A stretch of 64,000 bases of DNA. Origin: Heteronotia binoei. Lineage: Eukaryota. Below are positions 1 through 9,642 of the stretch, piece by piece. Numbering within the stretch: position 1 is the first letter of the stretch; every line of letters begins with the position of its first letter. The stretch lies in the NCBI RefSeq assembly GCF_032191835.1, contig NC_083234.1:45322001-45386000 (forward strand), in the 5' to 3' direction. The notes beneath the pieces are model-generated. The model worked only from the letters and a program-made list of their open reading frames with translations. It did no database searches and was not told the DNA's origin. The position numbers and the translations under genes are program-made.

Positions 1-364
1 ATATTTCACCATTCCATTATATATATATTTATTAACTAGTTTTCACCTTACATATGAAGATATAGCAGCAGCTGCTGAAACACAGTATGATTTGGGATGG
101 TCACAGAAGCGAGCTTTCCTTTCCCAGAGAAAAGCCACCATGAAAGACAAAGCAGATGTGCCGAGCAAACTAAACTGTGCTATTGTGAGCTTGGTGCAGG
201 AACAGGTGAATGGGGAAAGGAGCCTTCATCAAAGAAAGCAGCTTAGAAGTAATACAATTATTATATTGTGGCTCCCAAACATTCAGCCTCCTGCCATGAC
301 TATAAGATGGTGGAGGACTGTGAAGTTATCTTGGAGGATTGTGTTTGTGCAATGAGCTCCTGGA

Positions 365-430
365 TATTTATTTATTATTTATTACATTAGATTTATATCC
401 TGCCCATTCTACAAAGACTCAAGGTGGCTT
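365..430 (-). mobile_element. L2-type LINE 3' tail remnant
   Basis: tttatttatt...atttatatcctgcccattct...actcaaggtggctt is the typical squamate L2 3' end in reverse. Confidence 0.55.
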
Positions 431-464
431 GATCGAACCCCCAAATACTGAAAAGTTCATAGGA

Positions 465-875
465 TCAGGGGTTGTTTTGTAGAAAAAGAGGTGGTGGAGC
501 TCAGCACGACCTGATGCAAGAAAGGAGAGCCCTGGGCGAGTGAGGCCTGCTTGAATTGGCGAGAGATCCAGCCAGCCCAAGTAGACCTCGCTCGCCTGGG
601 GCTCTCCTGTCAAAAGGCCAGCAAGCCACCCGCTGCCCAAAATCACATAAGAAGTGAATAAAGGGTGGTGTGGGCTTCTCCAGGGGTTAATGAGAGTTAC
701 TAGGGATGTGGCAAAGTCCCTGGTGGCTGGCTGGCTGCTCTCCTGATCCAGGGATAGTTATGCAGCTTCACCTACTATTCAATGGACAGGGTAGGTGGGG
801 AGGAAGAGGAGGAACCATCAGAAAGGTTCAGGAGCTATGCTCCTGTGAGCTCCTGCTGAATCTGAGGCCTGCATA
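465..875. mobile_element. Non-autonomous hAT-like DNA element (MITE)
   Basis: Starts caggggttgttttgtagaaaaagagg and ends ...gagctcctgctgaatctgaggcctg; ends are shared with other MITEs in the window. Confidence 0.55.
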
Positions 876-1192
876 GGATATTTACACAAACTCCATCAGA
901 AAAAGGCGGGGGGATAATAACCTGTCGAGGCAACTCTGTGCTTCCAAGCTTTCATCCCAGAAACCCTTCAACATATTTCCTCCAAATAGTAAGGTAAATT
1001 TTAAGCAGACTATGATGACTACAAATGCTTCCTAACCAGAGCTTCAGGACACAGGGAATCTACCTCTGAATATCTAAAGGCGGAGGGGAGGGGGAACGAC
1101 TCAGTTCCTTTAGCCCAAAAGCAGCACCTGCCAAAGGAAGAGTCTCTGTTACTATTCACAGCCTGGTTCTATGAGCTCAAAGCAATACTCAC

Positions 1193-1420
1193 ACGTTTGT
1201 GTGCAGCTGGAAGTCTGCTGCCTTGTATCCCAAAGCAAAGTTATACTGTGACAATTTAGACTTGGCTGTGTCAAAAGCCATCTGGTAGCCACCAAGCCAG
1301 CCTTGGTAGCCCAACACAGCCCAGCCATAGACAGTGGGCCCAGAAAGGTCAATATCGACATTGCACCCTATGTTTAGATACTCCCGTTTGTAGGCTGTCT
1401 TCAACTTCCCACTCTTCTTC
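1193..1420 (-). CDS. VDAC3: VDAC3 coding exon (228 nt; [22 protein letters not shown]...FQLHTNV)
   Basis: Translation matches VDAC3 residues 109-184. Acceptor ctcttcag and donor gtgagt. Length equals the conserved 228-nt VDAC exon. Downstream exons were not found in 1-1192, so they are off-window. Confidence 0.97.
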
Positions 1421-1713
1421 CTGAAGAGGGAACAAATTGAATACCTTGGTTAATTGATACTCGACAACATTTCTAACCTTAAACCAAGAAAGCTTAGAAG
1501 AATTTGGCAGTGACATATCTCTGTGGACTACTTGATCTCATGAAGATAAATCTGAACACTGTGATGCAATCATTTGCAAATAAACACATGGAGGGGAAAT
1601 ACCCTCCCAATGTTCTCTACGAGCGTAAGAGTCGGCTGCAGGTGATACACTCCTCACACATCAGGGAACACACGCAGTTAAAGAATGCCATCTTACAAAG
1701 GATGGATACTTAC

Positions 1714-1766
1714 CCTGTGTTCGGTACAAATATAGTTTCAAGGTCCAGCTTCAGACCGTCAAGCAA
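1714..1766 (-). CDS. VDAC3: VDAC3 coding exon (53 nt; LLDGLKLDLETIFVPNTG)
   Basis: Acceptor tctctctctttcag, donor gtaagt. Conserved 53-nt size and phase; peptide aligns to VDAC3 LAEGLKLTLDTIFVPNTG. Confidence 0.96.
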
Positions 1767-2343
1767 CTGAAAGAGAGAGATTGTATTGGGTTTCTCTTTA
1801 ATATACAAAGGGATAAGTTGTATTTTCGCCTACTTCAACTACTACTCAGCTTTTTTCACTCTTGCTATATAACTAAGGTCATGATTTATGTGCACCAAGA
1901 AGAACATATGATGGAGATTCTAGCAAATCAAAGGGATGGAGCCCAGAGATCCATCTAACTAATAGAAGTACCTTCCTATAGCACAAGGGACTTTTTCACT
2001 GAAGCAAAGGGCTCTTCTGCAGGCAGAAAGCACCACAATTAGCACAGTTGACCTGTGGAATCCAAAGTTTCTTCAAGTTTCTTTAAACACAAGGCTCAGT
2101 CCCATATACAATTAAATCTATGATGGCATGTATTTTTTTAAATTGCACTCTGCTGCTGTACATCCCCTTTACTGGTTTGATGTACCATCATTTCCCTTTA
2201 TCTTCATTGTTATTACAGTTTACTTATTTCAGTTGCCTATTACTAGTGGCCTCATTCTGGTGCCTCCTCCTTTTCCCTCAATCTTAAAATTAGTATCAGT
2301 CTTGTTAAAAAAAGCACTACTGTCAGATGCCATCTCTTCTTAC

Positions 2344-2496
2344 CTTATCCTCCATGGTCACTTGTGTCCCCAGGGTGTTGTCTGTGTTCCATTTCTGGGT
2401 GAATGTAAGACCATAGTTCTTTATTTTATATTTGGTCTCTAGGCTGCCTGTAGCCTTGCCTGTGTCTGTGTTGGAAGAGCCAGCGGTGGTAAATTC
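2344..2496 (-). CDS. VDAC3: VDAC3 coding exon (153 nt; [14 protein letters not shown]...[21 protein letters not shown])
   Basis: Acceptor tttacag, donor gtaaga. Contains Q73, which is diagnostic of VDAC3 (VDAC1 and VDAC2 have Glu at the equivalent site). Confidence 0.97.
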
Positions 2497-5152
2497 CTGT
2501 AAATACACCACATTTTAATTAAAATGCGTATATCTGATCTTTTTTAATTTAAAAAATGTGATTCTGACGAATCATGCAAGCTTAACTCTGCCTCAACATG
2601 GGTTACAGTAACCAGGCACATTTAAATAACATTTATTTACATGACCCACTAGGCTCTACTGCCCTTAACAGCAGAAAGGCTTGTTCCTGGCAAGCTCCCC
2701 CTTGCATAAATGTAGCTGCCTTCACTCCTCTCATCAATGGAAAATAGCAGCTGATTTGTACCAGAGTTCCACTGGCACTTCAGAACACCCATAAAGCTGG
2801 GGGGGGGCGGTTCTACTAAGAGACAAGGTGAACACCTTAGTACTGTTTGCAAGACAGATAAACACTGCTGGCAAGCAACAATTCTTACTGAAAAGCTTGC
2901 CTACAACGTGTCTGTGTTAGTCACATAGGATAAAAGTAAATAAGGCATTTTCAGCAAAACCAGGTCTGGATTTCTGGGACCCAATTTGCTTTCCCTGCAG
3001 TCATACAGCAACTGCAGGGAAGTTTTAAAGCACTGCAGGGGGTGGTGTCAGATTGGGACAATAGCATAGGGGAAAGGAGGGGCTTCTACCTTTCCCTCCC
3101 CGCCCCTGCCATTTTCCCAAAAAGAAATGGTTCCATGTTCTCAATCCAAATGAGAACCCCTGCAGTACTTTTAAAAATTAGTTCCCTGCAAGCTTCCATG
3201 TAACTATCAGGAAAGGGAGTCTGTTCCAGCTAGCATAGGTCTGACTAATGTAAAAACATCATCTCTAGTTTGATCCTCAAGAGGGGGGGGTAGAGGGGAG
3301 AGACAATACCAGCTTTCTGTGGCTGGTTGAAGACAATTCTTTTCTTTCAAAGGCACCCAGGCAAGTAGCTATTTATAAGCCTGATAACTGTCCTACAGCT
3401 ATATTGTGAGGTCCACGTCTGTCTCAATTTATTCTTGTACAGAACTTAGTTTGTAGGTGTTAGTTGTAATGTTGCCCAACAGGTCCTACTTAAAACAAGT
3501 TCCTGACAAGTTTACTGTCCTAAAACAAGAAACCAACCCAGAAGGAACAGAAAACAGAAATAAAGTTATAGATGGGAAAATTGAATTAGCTTCAAAATGC
3601 TGCTTTTCCTTCAGCATACAAGAGTGGGAATGTCTGTGACACGCCATTTTTGTAACATTTAAAATATGAGAATTTCAAACCATGATCCGTTATTTAAAAA
3701 TAACTTCCATCTCATATTTTGGTGGCTGAAAAGACAGAAAAATAGGAGAAATTTCTTAAATCTCCTTTGCTATACACAGAAGAAAAAGAACCTTGTCATG
3801 TGATCAAAAAGGCTTCTCCGGCAGCTGAAACAAGACTTCTTCCCTCAGGGTGCGAAAAGAGTGCATCTAACATGTGTTACTATTAATTTGACAACAGTCA
3901 TGAGCAATGTAATGATAGGATCATCACTAATACCCTCTGCCTCCTGAATGCAGCTTTGCTAGTCTGAACTAGACCCCAATTAAATTACAAAAATGTATAT
4001 CCCATCTTTCCATAGATAGCACAAGGCAACTAACAACATGCTTGTTTGCTTTCTTTCAAGCATATCACAATACGTCAATATTGAACAGCACTAACCAGGC
4101 CCAGCCTGGCAAAAAATGGTCCCAAAGCAATATTAACAGCAGCCGAAACAATCAAAAGGAAGTCTTCTAGAAAAATAGTGCTTTGCAAGCACTTCTGAAG
4201 GAGAAGGGGCCATGCATGTGGCTTTGGAAAGAGATCCCACCTGGCGGGGCAATAAGAAAAACATTCTAATTTCCAGAGGGAGCCAGATGAATGAGGCTAA
4301 ACACAAGGGACACTCATTGGTGAACTTGGGGCAGATCTAAGAAAATTCCGCTTCTGACATTTCAGTTCACCACACGAAGGCAACACAGAGATGATACTCA
4401 GTAAATCACACATGTCACAATTCAAAGCTTTGGCAACAACTAACAGAGATGAAAGGGGAAAGGCAAAAGTAGTATCTCAGGCTTCAGCCTTGGCACAAAT
4501 AATAAGCTAACTAGAAAAAGGGCTCAGTAGTGCCTGGAGCAAGCAATAAACCAGTCCCAAGCTCAGCAGTGAAACTACACAGATTGGATCATTTGCAAAA
4601 ATGTATCTGATACAACAATTCAGCCCAATTTAGAAGGCAGAGAAGACTCCCTTAAATGCCCACACTAAAACCATCCACACGGCTCTCTGTACTTTGGACC
4701 TTTGTATTTCACCCACATATTTTCAAGCTGCTCAGCTAAAAGCTAAATGAGTTAAACCCCAAAACTTGGGATTCTGACCTGCTTTGTTTACCAAAGATGC
4801 GGATGAAGGGGCCTGCCAGAAGGCATGTACAAACTCCTAAAACCTCCCTAACTTGCCTTACTCCTAGAGAACTTGTTTTTAATCTAGAGAAAGCTTTGGA
4901 ATAAATAATATTGTGGTATGAGACTGGCCAGAGATGTAACCTTCTAATTTGACTACACCCCTATCCCCAGTACTTTGGCAGCCAATTCCAGTACCAATGC
5001 TGCAGCACAACCAAATTATGCTCAACTGCAGTACTTCATGCCTAATTACCGGTCCCACTGCTCAATCAGGCATGGCGGTGGGCCATTATGCAAGTATATG
5101 AACACTAAGGAAAAACATACAAGGAACACAAAAGCAAACACTATATTCTTAC

Positions 5153-5155
5153 CAG
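5153..5155 (-). CDS. VDAC3: Putative alternative 3-nt microexon (CTG, Leu) of VDAC3
   Basis: Minus strand reads TACTAAC branch point (5204-5210), tract ttttctcccttttcc, TGC, then gtttattcag|CTG|gtaaga. It lies in the same intron as the mammalian 3-nt ATG exon. Confidence 0.75.
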
Positions 5156-5616
5156 CTGAATAAACATCAAGCCCCAGTGTTGCATGGAAAAGGGAGAAAA
5201 CATGTTAGTAATTAACACCTTTAATCCATCAGTAAGGGATATTCATTCATATGTTACCATTTCCACTTGCAAAGCCAGATCCTTTCCCTTGTCAGTAGAA
5301 CTCTGTTTTGTTTTAAATAGCCATGTCTCTCCTACTCTACTATCTCAAACATGGCAGTCAAGAGGACCACCCACTGACAATCAGCTTCACGTTTCACATA
5401 AAACTAGTCTATAGGATGCTAAGTTATTCAAGGACTGAGTCTTAACACACAGTCAGTAGTATACTGAGGCTACCTGTTTAGTCATCAAATTTCTGAAAGA
5501 TGGAAAAATTATGGAAGTCAATGATGCCCATGGGTCACTTCAGTGCTATCAAGTTAGGACTTATATGGCACCAGCTCTCTCTTCTCACAGCAATGTCAAC
5601 ATGTATTGTTACTTAC

Positions 5617-5666
5617 CACTCCAGTGGAAGACTTGGTCTTCAAGTCTAATTTGACCATTCCGAACC
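5617..5666 (-). CDS. VDAC3: VDAC3 coding exon (50 nt; GFGMVKLDLKTKSSTGV)
   Basis: Acceptor atttcag, donor gtaagt; conserved 50-nt size. Confidence 0.97.
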
Positions 5667-6261
5667 CTGAAATTGCCAAACATGGGTTTCCTATTAATCA
5701 TGCTGAAATCACCCCACTTTCAACAATGAAAGGTTTCCATCAGTTGAGGCAGCTTCACAGGTGCAAGAGCCCAGGGACAGCAATTCTGCCTGGTTCCTAC
5801 TCTTCACTGCAGCTGTCAGCAGATTCAACTGAGTGCTCAAAGCTTCTAAACGAATTTTCACATCTTCCCAACTGGCATAAAATAGAATATACATCATTAC
5901 CTTAGGGTGCATGGCACAGTTGTAATTACTCTTTGAATAACATTATACATTTATATTTCATAAATATACCAAACAATCCAATTGTTTATGTTGTTAACTG
6001 AGTGCATCTAATTGTTTTTAAAAGTAATGTTTAGGTCCTATAAGTATTACATGTATTGTAATTTTTTCAAAAAAAATCAGTTATTGCCTGCAACTTTAGC
6101 AGTTCCATAAACATTGCATCTCTAGTCAACACACCCACATAACTCTCAAGGATAAATACCACTATAAAGATGCTACTTTATAATTTATAACCAATATGGT
6201 CAGCCAATGTAGTGCTGAGATAGCATAAAGCAGAAGATTGTGTGGTCATTACACTACATAC

Positions 6262-6328
6262 CATATCCTTTGTTGAATACATCCCTGGCAGCTTTCCCCA
6301 GGTCACAGTAAGGTGGTGGGATAGCCAT
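6262..6328 (-). CDS. VDAC3: VDAC3 first coding exon (67 nt coding; [22 protein letters not shown]). The exon starts at 6333 with 5 nt of UTR.
   Basis: ctgtctttttcag|ACCCC ATG G..., donor gtatgt; canonical VDAC N-terminal helix. Confidence 0.96.
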
Positions 6329-7084
6329 GGGGTCTGAAAAAGACAGCAGAGATTTAGAAGTAACTATTCATTCAAAAACATGAATGTAGACAGTTCACAA
6401 ATGGAATGGCAATCAACTTACAACCACCTTAGATGTAATGCATAATGAAGAATAAAAAACCTGTATTTAGAGTTCTTCCTTCCAGGAAGAACAGTATTAG
6501 GGGGGAAAGCAACGTAACCCAAAATACACTGGGTGGAAGGTGACTTCATTAGTGGAAAGGGACTTCAGCAATATTTGTTCTAAGGGACAATCTGTTATAC
6601 CAGAACACTACACACATCTAAAGCTAGTGTACAGTTCCAAGAATAACAGATTTCCTCCTTTGTGACAATAACTACTCCCTCCATCAACTGTAAATACTTT
6701 TGATCCCAATTCTCTTGGGTTGGAGTTTCCAGGCCTCTGGCAGCTGAATATACTAAAGGAACGAGAATGTAAGAACAGCCAGCTGGATCAGATCAATAAT
6801 CCATTTAATTCAGTACACTGTTCCATTAAGTGGCCAACCAGAAGCCTATAAACTGAGCACGAAGGCCATGGGTGCTGCCTTTCCTGCAGATCTGGTATTT
6901 AGAGATCTACTGCTTCAGAACAGAGAAGCTCCATTTGGGAGGAGCCAGGGCTCAGCAGAAGACCATCTGTTTGGCATACAGAAGGTCTCAGGTCCAATTC
7001 CTGTCATATCTCCAATTAAGAGGCTTCCACCTTTGACCCTTGCCAGCCTTTGCCAATCTGAGTAGACAATAATATCTACCTAAT

Positions 7085-7230
7085 ATTGCACCTAATAATG
7101 TAGTTTTAAATTGTTTATATGTGTTTTATGCTTTTATAATTTGCATTGTTTTTACTATGACTGTTAGCTGCCCAGAGTCCGCTCGCGGGGTGGGCGGCAT
7201 ATAAATCCAAAGTAAGCAAATAAATAAATA
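7085..7230 (+). mobile_element. L2 LINE 3' end
   Basis: gttagctgcccagagtcc...gggcggcatataaat...aaataaataaat. Confidence 0.65.
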
Positions 7231-7278
7231 TTGACTGTGATAGGCCAATGGTCTGATTCAGTATAAGGGTGAAAGTCT

Positions 7279-7443
7279 AACAGGAGCTCCTTTGCATATA
7301 AGGCCACACACCTCATGTAGCCAATCCTCCAAGAGTTTACAGTAGACCCTGGAATAAGAGCCCTGTAAACTCTTGGAGAATTGGCTACATCAGGGGTGTG
7401 TGGCTTAATATGCAAAGGAGCTCCTGCTAGAATTCCACCCCTG
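7279..7443. mobile_element. Palindromic MITE (aggagctcctttgcatat...atatgcaaaggagctcct family)
   Basis: Long inverted arms; same family as the 40123-40298 copy. Confidence 0.7.
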
Positions 7444-7762
7444 AGTATAAGGCAGTTTTTTCTGTTCATATTTAGTGATCATGGCTACTTCATTTAATGG
7501 CACTGTGTTGCCTTACTATTCTGAACAGTAGTTTTCTTGCAATATTCTAACTTCAGGACACTAGATTAAAATACCGGTAATAAAAAGTCACACTAAATTG
7601 ACCTTTGGTTTTCCAGTGACAAAATTCTTATGTCTCTGGCACTACAAAGAAATATGGCTTTACAGTGGCTTTATTACTATTGCAAAGCTTCTTTTCTGCC
7701 TCTGGAAGCCAAGTGGGTACTCTTCTGACAATTGCTCGACAAAATGTCTAGTCTTCTTAATA

Positions 7763-8064
7763 CTGTTTCTATCATCACTTCTCAAAGGGCAACTACTCAA
7801 ACACAGAACTGATTTGCACATCTCTACTGTGAAGCATGTTAGCAAGCCAGTTGTGTATGGCTGGGTATTTTACTTCTTTGCAGGGTACATATTATCTTAA
7901 CACATCTGTTTTCTAACATCACTTCTCAAAGGGCAACCCTAGTCAAACACAGAACTGATCTGCACAGCTCTACTGTGAAGCAAGTTATCAAACCAGCTGT
8001 GTATGGCTGGGTATTTTACCTCTTTATAGTGTACATATTATCTTAACATGTCTAGTTTCTAACA
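7763..8064. repeat. Direct tandem duplication, ~143-146 bp unit (7763-7905, 7906-8051, plus a short third start)
   Basis: The two units align end to end with scattered substitutions. Confidence 0.9.
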
Positions 8065-8375
8065 ATTTACCTTTACCATCTGAACTTCTGTAAGAATACA
8101 ATACCTGGGGCTCTAGAAGTAGTAGGAGAACAGCTGAACATGGTTGCAGACTTCTTATATGACAACTATGCTCCTAAATCATTTACTTCTCAAATGTGAA
8201 CCTACAGAAGGGCTCTTCTCTAGCTCTTATATAGACCTGTCAAATACACGGGGAAAATGCATGCAACATTAGAGATAAATACCATGTTACTTGTGTTGGA
8301 AACTATACCAGAAAAGGCTAATTTTCTATGACTATATGACTACAGTATCATATCAACTTTAATTTTTAAATATAA

Positions 8376-8590
8376 TTACATAATTCTCAAAACTGTATTA
8401 TCTAATCCCAGATTTGATCTCTTAAACTCATTATTAGAATTTTTCCCCAAAAGAAACATATCTGGTGCCAGTTTTTTAGAGGTAAACCCAATTAGTGATG
8501 TTGGTTTATAAATGCCATTTAAATTATTTCTAAATAGTTCCTCATACAGTTCAAACTTTAAGTTCAAAATATAACTCATGCTTGCTGGCA
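8376..8590 (-). mobile_element. Possible old L1/Tx1-like ORF2 C-terminal remnant
   Basis: AT-rich ORF containing KKLAPDMFLLG, resembling the PExFLLG motif of squamate L1-type ORF2; weak. Confidence 0.3.
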
Positions 8591-9360
8591 ACAGCCATAT
8601 TAAAATTATTTTCTCTCTGTACTACAACCTCAACACCGTCATTCTGAAAGGACCTAAATGAGCCTTTCTGGAATTACTACTCTTTGTTTATAATGTTTCT
8701 TAGAAGTCTTTGAAAAGTACTTAGCCTATTCCTTCTAAATGTGGCACATGGATCACAGGAGTATATACTCTGTTCTATTTTCAAGGCAGAGAGGTGGAAG
8801 CATGTGCAAAACCAGGAAATAAAGTGAGTTAAAATCATTCTCCCACTGACTGCACTCCCAAATGAGAGGTATACAGAATGGGTCACTTTGATAATAACAC
8901 TTCTAACACAGAGTCTCAGGGAAAAATCCATATACGCCATATCCAATGTGCAGTCATCCATGTCCCTATTTTGCCATTTATACACAGATTGTGACCTAGC
9001 AGTTTCCCGAACACACGTACACATGACACAAGAAGTCACATGTACTACTTCCTATATCCACATAAACTGGTGTGTGCAAAACAGTCAACACACACTTCTC
9101 CTTCTGGACACAACAGATTGTATGGCACATACTCAATGCTCCAGAACAGACTTCAGCCTATAGTATAAGGCACAAGAGAAGGGGAACCATATCCCATGGT
9201 TTAAGTAGTTAATTGTTGAACTGGGAACAGTAGAAAGATTCTACTGATTTCCAGTGTCAACTATGGAATACATTGAAAAATACAAATCTACACTAATATG
9301 CTAGGAACAGAGGTGAGGTAATTAACAGTATGCAGGCAGCTTTTGTAACTATGAGCCACA

Positions 9361-9642
9361 GAAGAAGAAGATGATATTGGATTTATATCCCGCCCTCCAC
9401 TCCGAAGAGTCTCAGAGCGGCTCACAATCTCCTTTACCTTCCTCCCCCACAACAGACACCCTGTGAGGTGGGTGGGGCTGGAGAGGGCTCTCACAGCAGC
9501 TGCCCTTTCAAGGACAACCTCTGCCAGAGCTATGGCTGACCCAAGGCCATGCTAGCAGGTGTAAGTGGAGGAGTGGGGAATCAAACCCGGTTCTCCCAGA
9601 TAAGAGTCCTCATACTTAACCACTACCCCCAAACTGGCTCTC
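9361..9642 (-). mobile_element. Squam3-type tRNA/MIR-derived SINE
   Basis: Head gagagccagtttggggtagtggttaag, B box ggtttgattcc, tail (tct)n. Confidence 0.85.

Noticed and set aside
5256-5275. Alternative ATG-containing microexon candidate (gcaag|tggaaatg|gtaaca) in the VDAC3 intron
   Set aside because: ATG is not directly preceded by AG, and the 8-nt version would shift frame. The CTG candidate 100 nt away has much better splice signals.
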